The translations under genes and the position numbers were made by a program. This document shows positions 1 to 8,548 of a stretch of DNA of 64,000 nt, piece after piece. This stretch comes from Myxococcota bacterium (lineage in GTDB: Bacteria; Myxococcota_A; UBA796; SXON01), in the NCBI GenBank assembly GCA_040386535.1, contig JAZKFH010000005.1:70058-134057 (forward strand), written 5' to 3'. Under the pieces are notes generated by a model. It made no database searches, was not told the origin of the DNA, and saw only the letters and a program-made list of their open reading frames with translations. Each line of letters opens with the position of its first letter. The stretch's first letter is position 1.

Positions 1-815
1 CCCTCGGCGTGCCCCTGCTCGTGCACGCGGAGCTCGAGCTGGAGGGCACCAACCCCTACGCCGACGCGTCGCCACGCGAGTACATCCGCTACCTCCACGG
101 GCGGCCCCGCGCCTGGGAGGACGCCGCGATCGAGATGACAATTCGCCTCGTGCGGCAGACCGGCTGCCGGGCCCACATCGTGCACCTCTCGAGCGCATCC
201 GCGCTCCCGATGATCAAGGCCGCCAAGGCCGAGGGCCTCCCCATCTCCGTCGAGACCTGCCCGCACTACCTCTGCCTGGCCGCCGAGGACGTTCCGGACG
301 GCGACACCTCGTTCAAGTGTGCGCCGCCCATTCGCGAGGCCGCCAACCAGGAGATCCTCTGGCAGGGCCTCCGCGAGGGCGTGATCGACTTCGTCATCTC
401 GGACCACTCGCCGTGCCTGCCCGCGCTCAAGCTGCCCGACGAGGGCGACTTCCTCCACGCGTGGGGCGGCATCGCCTCCCTCCAGCTGGGCCTCCCCAAC
501 GTGTGGACCGCCGCCCGGCGCCGCGGCTTCGCGCTCACCGACGTGATCCGGTGGATGAGCGGCGGGCCGGCCGCCTTCCTCGGGATGGAGCGCCGCATCG
601 TGACCGGCGCGCGCGCGGACCTCGTGGCCTTCGCCCCCGAGGCCGACGTGACGGTGTCGGCCGCGGCCATCCTGCACCGCCACACGCTCACGCCCTACCT
701 CGGGACCGTCGTCAGCGGCGAGGTGCGCGGCACCTGGATGCGCGGGGAGCGGGTGACGGGGGAGGTGCCGCGGGGGCGGTTGTTGCGGCGGGGGGGTGGG
801 GTGGCCGCCGGGTAG
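1..815 (+). CDS. allB: Allantoinase (cyclic amidohydrolase), 5'-truncated by the window edge
   Basis: Motifs LLVHAE, HIVHLSS, ETCPHYL, FKCAPPIR, SDHSPC and AWGGIASLQLGL; allantoicase and uraH genes lie nearby. Confidence 0.9.
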   Translation, partial: LGVPLLVHAELELEGTNPYADASPREYIRYLHGRPRAWEDAAIEMTIRLVRQTGCRAHIVHLSSASALPMIKAAKAEGLPISVETCPHYLCLAAEDVPDGDTSFKCAPPIREAANQEILWQGLREGVIDFVISDHSPCLPALKLPDEGDFLHAWGGIASLQLGLPNVWTAARRRGFALTDVIRWMSGGPAAFLGMERRIVTGARADLVAFAPEADVTVSAAAILHRHTLTPYLGTVVSGEVRGTWMRGERVTGEVPRGRLLRRGGGVAAG

Positions 816-948
816 ACCAAACGTGACCCTCCCGACTTGCGCCCGGTCCAAGGCAGCGGCGTAGCGATCGAGCGCCCGGCCCTGCCGCCGCGCCTCTACG
901 ATCTGCACGGGGTCTTGGTTACCGCACGGCTCCCCCCACGGAGGCCGC

Positions 949-2076
949 GTGCGCCGAATCCCCCTGATGCTCTTCCTCGTGCTCGGCGCGTGCACGGGCA
1001 CCGATCCGGACGACAGCGGGGTCGACGCGGGTGTCGAGGACACCGACGAGAGCGGGCTCGGGACGTGGAAGGTCCCCACCTGCGAGAGCATCGTCGGCAC
1101 CGGCGCGGTGACCTTCAGCACGGACGGCGGCGCCACGCTCGTCCCGACCGCCGAGCCGCTCACCACCACCGCCTACACGACCGGCCTCGTGGCCTTCCCC
1201 GACGTGCCCGGGCGGCTCCTCGCCGTCTCCCACGACGCGCTCCTGCGCTCGGACGACGCCGGGTGCACCTGGGCGGACGTCGACACCCTGCCGATCCTCT
1301 CGCGCCTGGTGCGCGGCGCGGCGGGCACGGCCTGGGCGTGGGCGCCGAACACCGGCGCAATCGCCCGCGTCGACGCCGACGGCACCGTGACCACGCTCCC
1401 CTCCCCCACCTCCGCGGTGCTCGGGTTTGGCGCCGCGGCCGACGGCACCGTGGCGCTCGGCGGCGGCGACGGCGCGGTGTGGACCTCCACCGATGGCGGG
1501 CTGACGTGGAGCGTCCGGGGCACCGTCCCGGTGCCGAGCGGATCGGCGATGGGCTACACGATGGCCTTCGACCCGGCCGACCTCGACCACGCCGTGTTCG
1601 GGCTCGCGAGCGAGGGCGCGTTCACGACGTTCGACGGCGGGGCCACCTGGGCCCCCGCGACGGGCCTCGGGGCCACGGGCGCGAACGTGTTCACCGCCAC
1701 CATCTCGCCCGTCGATCCCGACGTCGTGTGGGCCCAGGGCATCGACTACGCCCAGAACGGCGACCCGGTCAGCCAGGGCCGCCGCATCTGGCGCTCGGAG
1801 GACGGCGGCCACAGCTTCACGACCGCGGTCGAACAGTCGGAAACCACGATCCTGCTGAACGGGCCGCTGCTGGTGGCGGACGCCGCCGACGCCGACGTCG
1901 TGTGGTTCGTGTACGGCACCTGGTACGGAAACTACGGCACCGACCTGTTCCGTTACGACCACACCGACGGGCTGACCCGGACACACAACCCCTACGACAC
2001 CGTCGGCGCCCTCACGTTCTCGCCGGCCGATCCGAAGGTGCTCTACCTGGGGCTCTCCGAAGAGCGGACGGAGTAG
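949..2076 (+). CDS. Lipoprotein with Asp-box beta-propeller, similar to dispase autolysis-inducing protein (DAIP)
   Basis: Lipobox LGAC; Asp-boxes STDGGAT, SDDAGCTW, STDGGLTW, TFDGGATW, SEDGGHSF; segments GAVTFSTDGG, FDPADLDHAV and YGTDLFRYD match Streptomyces DAIP as recalled; GGAGG upstream of GTG. Confidence 0.75.
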   Translation: MRRIPLMLFLVLGACTGTDPDDSGVDAGVEDTDESGLGTWKVPTCESIVGTGAVTFSTDGGATLVPTAEPLTTTAYTTGLVAFPDVPGRLLAVSHDALLRSDDAGCTWADVDTLPILSRLVRGAAGTAWAWAPNTGAIARVDADGTVTTLPSPTSAVLGFGAAADGTVALGGGDGAVWTSTDGGLTWSVRGTVPVPSGSAMGYTMAFDPADLDHAVFGLASEGAFTTFDGGATWAPATGLGATGANVFTATISPVDPDVVWAQGIDYAQNGDPVSQGRRIWRSEDGGHSFTTAVEQSETTILLNGPLLVADAADADVVWFVYGTWYGNYGTDLFRYDHTDGLTRTHNPYDTVGALTFSPADPKVLYLGLSEERTE

Positions 2077-2081
2077 CGGGG

Positions 2082-3071
2082 ATGTGGCTGCTCGTGGGGT
2101 GCTCGGCGCCGGTGCTTCCTGAAGTGGACGCGCCTGCCGACGAGCCCAAGGTGGAACCAACCGTCCCCGATTCCGATGAGCCCGACTCCGAGGAGCCCGA
2201 CGAGCCCGATCCCGAGCCGATCGACACGTCGGTGACGCCCGAGCGCATCGGCGATCGCTGGCGCTTTGCCGGCGCCGACACCGTGCTGGAGATCGACCCC
2301 ACCCTCGGCGCCCGCGTCACGCGCTTCGGCGTCGGCGGCGTCGAGGTGCTCACCGGCGCGTCGGTGAACACGACCAACTTCGGCGCCACGTTCTGGACGA
2401 GCCCCCAGGCCGACTGGGGCTGGCCCCCGGTCGAGGCGATCGACTCCGCGCCCTACACCGCCACCCTCGACGGCGACACGCTCGTGCTCACGAGCGGCGC
2501 CGCGTCCCTCGGCGACACGACGGTGACCGTCGAGAAGCGCGTGTCCGTCGACACGACCGGTGTCACGCTCGCCTACACCGTGCACAACGTCGGAGACGCC
2601 GCGGTTACCCTGGCCGGCTGGGAGGTGGCGCGCGTGCCGACGGGCGGGCTCACGTTCTTCCGCGCGGGCACGTCGATGACGTCGACCGTCGGGACCTTTC
2701 CCGCCGAGGAGCGCGGCGGCATCGTGTGGTTCGACGGCGCCGCCCCGCGGAGCGGCGACACCAAGCTGGTGGCCGACGGGAGCGGCGGCTGGCTCGCCCA
2801 CGTGGTCGACGGGGTGTTGTTCGTGGAGACGTTCGCGGACATCGCCGCCCAGGATCAAGCCCCTAGCGAAGGCGAGATCGAGCTGTTCGCGGCGGAGGAT
2901 TACGTAGAGCTCGAGAACCAGGGAGCGCTCACGACGATCGCGCCCGGGGAGGGGGTGACACACACGGTGCGGTGGCTCGCCCAAACGGTGCCGGAGGGCG
3001 TGGCCGTGGGGGTGGGGAGCGAGGGGTTGGTGGGGTCGGCAGAGACGCTCAGCGGCGGCGGCGGATCGTGA
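2082..3071 (+). CDS. Putative lipoprotein, DUF4380 / galactose-mutarotase-like fold
   Basis: ATG 2082 lies 5 nt after the previous stop; LLVGC lipobox, P/E/D-rich linker, GARV, FWTSPQ..WGWPP and YVELENQG motifs. Confidence 0.65.
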   Translation: MWLLVGCSAPVLPEVDAPADEPKVEPTVPDSDEPDSEEPDEPDPEPIDTSVTPERIGDRWRFAGADTVLEIDPTLGARVTRFGVGGVEVLTGASVNTTNFGATFWTSPQADWGWPPVEAIDSAPYTATLDGDTLVLTSGAASLGDTTVTVEKRVSVDTTGVTLAYTVHNVGDAAVTLAGWEVARVPTGGLTFFRAGTSMTSTVGTFPAEERGGIVWFDGAAPRSGDTKLVADGSGGWLAHVVDGVLFVETFADIAAQDQAPSEGEIELFAAEDYVELENQGALTTIAPGEGVTHTVRWLAQTVPEGVAVGVGSEGLVGSAETLSGGGGS

Positions 3072-3951
3072 GCATCCCCGCCACCAGCGTCGCGAGCGCG
3101 CTCCAACCGGCGCCGCTCGTCGAGCAGCCCGCGGCCGCCTCGTCCGGAGGGGCCTGCTCGTCCACCGGCGGCGCGTCCGGCCCGTCGAAGGGCCCGTCCA
3201 CCGACTCCAGGCACGCCTGGTCCTGACCGGCGAGCCAGTCCGCCCAGGTGGTCGTGTCGTAGACCGCCTCCGGGCCGCAGATCTCCCACATCTCGTCGCA
3301 GACCGTCACGGCCGGCGGCTCGGTGGCCTCGTAGTCGGGACACACCTCGCGCTCGAAGGGGCACGCGCCCTGGCTCACGACGTCGCTGCCCGCGCAGGTC
3401 TCCGCCGCGCAGGTGTTCCAGTAGGTCACCCCGTCGGCGCCGCACACCGGCGCGTAGCCGTCGTCGTCTTCGCACATGCAGTAGCTGGGCTGGATGCGCG
3501 CGAGCTCGTCGACCTTGAAGCCCTGGGCGACCGCCCACACGAGCAGGTCCGGCTCGTCCATCGTCGGCACGCGGGCAAGGTGCCAGCGGGCGTCGATCGT
3601 GTCGGCCAGCGCGCCCTCTCCGGAGGCCCGGATCAGGGCGCCTACCGCGCAGTCGCGGCCGTCGGCGTCGCGAAAGACGGGGACACGCTCTGCGGGCGCC
3701 TCGACGTTGTGGGGGAACTCCCCGGCGAGCCAGTAGCTGTGCAGGGTGTCGAGCGACGCGTCGCGGCGGGCGCGCTGATCAGCGTCGAGCGTGTCCACCG
3801 GGGCCGCGCGCAGGTCCGCCTCGACCTCGGCGAGATGCGCGCGAATGCGCCGGCGGTCGGCCTCCAGCGGCGTGACGACGCCCGTGACGACGCCGTCGGC
3901 GGCGTGGACGGGGGAGACGAGGGCGAGGGCGGTGAGGGCGAGCATGGTCAC
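3049..3951 (-). CDS. Secreted protein with Kazal domain and MYXO-CTERM-like tail
   Basis: Signal peptide ending VHA; YAPVCGADGVTYWNTC...GAC Kazal motif; C-terminal GCST, hydrophobic stretch, RRRR. Confidence 0.75.
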   Translation of the reverse strand: MTMLALTALALVSPVHAADGVVTGVVTPLEADRRRIRAHLAEVEADLRAAPVDTLDADQRARRDASLDTLHSYWLAGEFPHNVEAPAERVPVFRDADGRDCAVGALIRASGEGALADTIDARWHLARVPTMDEPDLLVWAVAQGFKVDELARIQPSYCMCEDDDGYAPVCGADGVTYWNTCAAETCAGSDVVSQGACPFEREVCPDYEATEPPAVTVCDEMWEICGPEAVYDTTTWADWLAGQDQACLESVDGPFDGPDAPPVDEQAPPDEAAAGCSTSGAGWSALATLVAGMLTIRRRR

Positions 3952-4781
3952 TCCACGCTGAGGGAGAGGGAGGTGTAGGAGCTCGTGCGCAACATGACGT
4001 GGCGATCGGGCGCGAGGGTGCCGTACCGCGTGAGCGCCCGGGTGACGGACAGCGACAGGCGTTCGCCCCCGACGGTCGCCATGGCGGCGGCAGGCACGGT
4101 GAACGCGCCGGTGTCGGGCACCTCACAATACGCGCCGGCGTCCTGGTCCGAGGAGATCTCGATCACGACGGTGGCGTACGGATCGGCCCCCTCCCACGTG
4201 ACGGGAAGCGCGCCCGCGGCCACGCTCGCTGGGTCCGAGCCGTCCGGATCCACGGGAGAGGTCACGATCATCGCCGCCGCCGGGAGCACGAAGGCCGGAT
4301 CGAACGTGAACGCGGGCACCTCGTCCCCGACGGCCGCGACCGCGAAGGTGGCGCCGAACGGCACGGGGCCCCAGTCCTCGTCGGAGAAGTACGCGCCCCT
4401 GTACAGCCCATCGATCGGCGCGAGCGGCAACGGCCGGTCCAGGCCCGCGTCGAGGAAGACCGTGCCCGCGCTCGACCACGTGGGCTCCCCCTCGTAGACC
4501 GGGGGCTCGGTCCAGACGCCACAATCGCCGAGACCGTCGAAGGGATCGACCCACGCCTGGACCCAGCCCGCCCATCCGGGCTCCCAGAAGTACGCCTCCC
4601 CCGAGAACGAGGGCTCGGGCCCGTAGATGCGCGCCGAGTGGCTCACCTGGATCCGCCCGACGATCTGGTCGTCGGGTGGCGCCTCGACCGCGCCGTAGAG
4701 CCACTCCAGCGTCGTGGGCGCGGCGGGGGTGCCCGAGTCGTCGTCGGGGGAGGCGGTGCAGGCCGCGAGGGCGAGGAGCAT
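3948..4781 (-). CDS. Hypothetical lipoprotein
   Basis: MLLALAAC lipobox; globular beta-rich composition; stop overlaps the next start codon. Confidence 0.65.
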   Translation of the reverse strand: MLLALAACTASPDDDSGTPAAPTTLEWLYGAVEAPPDDQIVGRIQVSHSARIYGPEPSFSGEAYFWEPGWAGWVQAWVDPFDGLGDCGVWTEPPVYEGEPTWSSAGTVFLDAGLDRPLPLAPIDGLYRGAYFSDEDWGPVPFGATFAVAAVGDEVPAFTFDPAFVLPAAAMIVTSPVDPDGSDPASVAAGALPVTWEGADPYATVVIEISSDQDAGAYCEVPDTGAFTVPAAAMATVGGERLSLSVTRALTRYGTLAPDRHVMLRTSSYTSLSLSVE

Positions 4782-4911
4782 CCTTCCATCCTACGGGCAT
4801 TCGGCGTGGCGAGCACCCCGGGACCGTACGAACCCTCCCGCGGCTCCGTGCCCGGAATGTGCAGAACCGCGCGGAGAGATCCGCCGCCTCGAGCGAGATA
4901 GTGGGCCCGCC

Positions 4912-6429
4912 ATGAGCACCCCCACCCCCGCCGCCGCCTTCACCGGCGCAATCGATCTCGCCTCCTCCGCCGTCGGCGGCCGCGCCCTGCTGTGCAGCGA
5001 CGACTTCTTCGCCGGCATGGAGAACCTCCTCCGTCCGGAGCCCGCGGTGTTCGATCCGAACGCCTACACCGAGCGCGGCAAGCTGATGGACGGGTGGGAG
5101 TCGCGCCGCAAGCGGGTGCCGGGGCACGACTGGTGCATCGTTCAGCTCGGCGTGCCCGGCACGGTGCGGGCCGTCGACATCGACACCGCCTTCTTCATGG
5201 GCAACCACCCGCCCTTCGCCTCGGTCGACGGCATCTTCGCCCCCGGCGCCACGCCCGAGGCCCTGCGCGACGAGCTCGCGTGGACCGAGATCGTCCCGAC
5301 GACTCCGCTCCGGCGCGGATCGCAGAACCTCGCCGCCGTCGTGACCGAGGGCGTGTGGACCCACCTGCGCCTCCACATCTACCCGGACGGCGGCGTGGCC
5401 CGGCTGCGCGCGTACGGCGAGCCCGCGCCCGTGGCCTCGTCGGAGCCGGTCGACCTCGCGTGCGCCACCAGCGGCGGCCGCGCGATCGCCTGCTCGGACG
5501 CGTTCTTCTCCTCGATGGACAACCTGCTCCTCCCCGGCCGCGCGCCGCACATGGGGAACGGCTGGGAGACACGCCGGAGCCGCCCGCCCGGCGAGGACTG
5601 GATCATCATCCAGCTCGGCCGCGCCGGCCGCATCGAGCGGATCGACGCCGACACGCACCACTTCAAGGGGAACTACCCCGACCGGTGCGCCATCGAGGCC
5701 ATCCACTGGCCCGGCGCGCCGCCCGACGCGCTCGTGCGCTCGCCCGACTGGGTGACGATCGTACCGAAAGCGAAGATGCAAGCCGACAGCGTGCACTCCT
5801 TCGTCCCGACGGAGGCCGGCCCGTGGACCCACGTGCGCCTCCGCATCTACCCGGACGGCGGCGTGTCGCGGCTCCGCGTGATCGGCACGCCCGACCCGGC
5901 CGGTCGCCCCGATGCGCTCGTCACCCGCGTCAACGAGGACACGGACCTCGCCGCCACCCTGCTCCGCTGCTGCGGATCGCGCCGCTGGGTCGCCGCGATG
6001 CAGGCGGCCGGCCCGTTTGCGAGCCGCGCGCACCTGTTCGGCGAGGCGGAACGCCAGTGGTGGCGCCTCGGCGACGGGGACTGGAAGGAGGCGTTCACCC
6101 ACCACCCGCGCATCGGGGCGGATCTCGATCAGCTCCGCGCGAAGTACGCGACCACCGCGGACTGGTCGTCGGGCGAGCAGGCCGGGCTCGCCGGCGCCAC
6201 CGACGAGGTGCTCCAGGCGCTCGTCACCGAAAATAACGCCTACGAGGCCGCTTACGGTCATATCTTCCTCGTCTGCGCCACGGGCCGATCCGCGGCGGAG
6301 ATGCTGGCGATCCTCCGCGAGCGTCTCGACAACGCCCCCACCCCCTCGGGGCGCGCCGCCGAGCTGCGCGTCGCCGCGGGCGAGCAGGTCAAGATCACCC
6401 GGTTGCGCCTGGAGAAGCTGCTGTCATGA
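4912..6429 (+). CDS. alc: Allantoicase fused to OHCU decarboxylase (505 aa)
   Basis: Two allantoicase repeats (DGWESRR and GWETRR; HIYPDGGVARLR and RIYPDGGVSRLR), then from about 5950 a UraD domain (CCGSRRW, AFTHHPRIG, YEAAYGHIFLVCATG, EQVKIT). Confidence 0.9.
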   Translation: MSTPTPAAAFTGAIDLASSAVGGRALLCSDDFFAGMENLLRPEPAVFDPNAYTERGKLMDGWESRRKRVPGHDWCIVQLGVPGTVRAVDIDTAFFMGNHPPFASVDGIFAPGATPEALRDELAWTEIVPTTPLRRGSQNLAAVVTEGVWTHLRLHIYPDGGVARLRAYGEPAPVASSEPVDLACATSGGRAIACSDAFFSSMDNLLLPGRAPHMGNGWETRRSRPPGEDWIIIQLGRAGRIERIDADTHHFKGNYPDRCAIEAIHWPGAPPDALVRSPDWVTIVPKAKMQADSVHSFVPTEAGPWTHVRLRIYPDGGVSRLRVIGTPDPAGRPDALVTRVNEDTDLAATLLRCCGSRRWVAAMQAAGPFASRAHLFGEAERQWWRLGDGDWKEAFTHHPRIGADLDQLRAKYATTADWSSGEQAGLAGATDEVLQALVTENNAYEAAYGHIFLVCATGRSAAEMLAILRERLDNAPTPSGRAAELRVAAGEQVKITRLRLEKLLS

Positions 6430-6752
6430 GCCCCCTCACCACCCACGTCCTCGACACCGCCCGCGGCCGCCCCGCCGTGGGCGTCCCCCTCACCCTGGTC
6501 GCCCCCGACGGCACCATCACCACCGACGTGACCGACGCGGACGGCCGCTGCCGCACGCTCTCCACACGCGAGGCCTTCGTGGCCGGCACGTGGTCCCTCA
6601 CGTTCGATCTCGCGACCTACTTCCGCGATCGCGACACCGACTCGTTCTACCCCTCCGCCACCATCGTGTTCGCGGTGCGCAACCCCGACGAGCACCACCA
6701 CGTGCCGCTACTCCTCTCGCCGTTCGGGTACAGCACGTACCGCGGCAGCTGA
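6426..6752 (+). CDS. uraH: 5-hydroxyisourate hydrolase (transthyretin-like)
   Basis: LTTHVLDT, HHVPLLLSPFGYSTYRGS with the diagnostic C-terminal YRGS; ATGA overlap with the upstream gene. Confidence 0.95.
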   Translation: MSPLTTHVLDTARGRPAVGVPLTLVAPDGTITTDVTDADGRCRTLSTREAFVAGTWSLTFDLATYFRDRDTDSFYPSATIVFAVRNPDEHHHVPLLLSPFGYSTYRGS

Positions 6753-6817
6753 GCGCCCCGCATACGGGCAGGGAACGAGCGATGTCCGCCGCCGCATCCT
6801 CCGCTATGATGCCGGCG

Positions 6818-7489
6818 ATGCGCGCCTTCCTCTCCTTGGTCCCCGTGTTCCTCCTCGCCGCGTACGTCGGCCAGGCGGCGGCGGCGGACCTGTCCCACGA
6901 CGTCATCACGCTCACCACCGGGGAGCGCCTCGTGGGCGAGCTGGTGGACGTGCGGGACGGTCGGTACTGGGTGCTCCTGACGGACGGCCGCATGGTGTCC
7001 GCCGAGTTCCGCACCGCGACCCGGGTGGAGATGGGCGGCGCCTCCACGGAGCCGGTGCCCATCGAGGAGCTGCCCCTGCCCGAATGGGGCGCCTCCGCCT
7101 ACGGAGAGGACAACAAGCGCGCCGTCGCGGCCGGCCTCGACTTCGGGCTCACGCAGGGCGGTCGGATCCGCTTCCGCACCAGCTCGCCGGCGGTCGCCCA
7201 CGTCGACATCAAGGCAGGCCTGGCCCTCGCCCTCGGGAACGGCGTGGGGTTCGCGCTCCTCACCGGCAGCGAGGTGGCGTTCTTCGGCAACAGCCCCGTC
7301 CACCTGACCCTCTCGGGCGGGGTCGGCCCGGCGATCATCTACGGCAGCTTGTACGGCCTGGTCGGGGTGGGCTCGGGGCTCCAGGTCGATCCGAAGGGCC
7401 CCGTCGAGGTGCACATCGGCTTTCTGGCGGGCACCAACTTCAACTACTTCACGGTGTGCCCGGATCTGACGGTGTCGTGGGTGTGGTGA
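6818..7489 (+). CDS. Secreted protein, probable small outer-membrane beta-barrel
   Basis: Signal peptide ending AAA; DVITLTTGERLVG N-terminal module; amphipathic Gly/aromatic strands and terminal W. Confidence 0.55.
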   Translation: MRAFLSLVPVFLLAAYVGQAAAADLSHDVITLTTGERLVGELVDVRDGRYWVLLTDGRMVSAEFRTATRVEMGGASTEPVPIEELPLPEWGASAYGEDNKRAVAAGLDFGLTQGGRIRFRTSSPAVAHVDIKAGLALALGNGVGFALLTGSEVAFFGNSPVHLTLSGGVGPAIIYGSLYGLVGVGSGLQVDPKGPVEVHIGFLAGTNFNYFTVCPDLTVSWVW

Positions 7490-8486
7490 CCGCGCGCTGC
7501 GGTACGCGCACCTCGACCGTCGCCGCGACCAGGCAGTGGTCCCCGACATACTCGCAACGAACGCGCGTGCCGACGGGATGGACGCCGGGGCCGCCGAGCA
7601 CGTAGTCGATGCGGAGCAGCCCGAGGCCCAGGCCGACGAGCGAGTAGGGCCGCCACGTCCAGCCGGGACCGGTCCCGGCGAGGGCATGGGCGTCGCTCAG
7701 GCCCGTGGTGAGGAGGCGGTAGCCGGGCTCCGTGGGGGCGACGTTGAAGTCGCCCAGGACCAGCAGGTCGGCGCCCTCGACGATGTGGGCGTCGATCCGT
7801 GCGCGCAGGCGCGTGATGGCGGCGTCGCGGGGCGCGCTGTCGTAGTCCACGGGCAGGCCGCCGGGGAGCGTGTGGAGCCGCCCTGGGGAGGGGTGGGCGT
7901 TGATCACGACGAGCATCCCGCCCACGGCGCCGAGGGAGACGCGCGCCTCGATGCCGACCGGGTCTTCGAAGGAGGCCGACGCCTCGAGTGGAAGGGAGCT
8001 TAGGAGCCCCATGCCGACCACGTGTGGATCGGGCGCGAGGTGGCGGTACGGCCACGCAGCCCGGGCGCGCGGATCGGCCTCCAGCGCGGCGGCGATGCCG
8101 GGCTTGAGCTCTTGCAGCGCGACCACGTCGGCGTGTTCGGCCAGGAGCGCGTCGATCACGGGGGCGGAGGCGGCGTGGCCCCGGCGGCCGAGGTTCCACG
8201 TAACGACGCGGAGGAGGTCCCCCTCGGCGGGGGCGTCCGGGAACGAGGTCCACTCGGGGCCGAAGCGGAGCCCGACCACGACCGCGAGCACACCGAGCGC
8301 GATGACCAGCGCGCGGTCGCGCCACACGAGCACGACCGGCACCAGGACGAGCGCGGCGAGGCACAGGTGGGGCAGGAGGATCCCCGCCAGCGCGAGCGGG
8401 CCGGCGCGGGCGGGGAGCACCGCGGTCCACCCCACGAGCACGATCAGCGCCGCGGGGTACACGGCGGCGGCCCGGGCGAAGCGCAT
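7449..8486 (-). CDS. Membrane-anchored endonuclease/exonuclease/phosphatase family protein
   Basis: Three N-terminal TM helices; VTWN, VALQE, LGDFN, RIDYV and DH motifs. Confidence 0.85.
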   Translation of the reverse strand: MRFARAAAVYPAALIVLVGWTAVLPARAGPLALAGILLPHLCLAALVLVPVVLVWRDRALVIALGVLAVVVGLRFGPEWTSFPDAPAEGDLLRVVTWNLGRRGHAASAPVIDALLAEHADVVALQELKPGIAAALEADPRARAAWPYRHLAPDPHVVGMGLLSSLPLEASASFEDPVGIEARVSLGAVGGMLVVINAHPSPGRLHTLPGGLPVDYDSAPRDAAITRLRARIDAHIVEGADLLVLGDFNVAPTEPGYRLLTTGLSDAHALAGTGPGWTWRPYSLVGLGLGLLRIDYVLGGPGVHPVGTRVRCEYVGDHCLVAATVEVRVPQRAVTTPTTPSDPGTP

Positions 8487-8548
8487 CGGCCGCCCCTAAG
8501 CCGTTCGCGCGCTCGAGCCCCGCCTTCGCCGTAGGCACAGGGGGGCGC

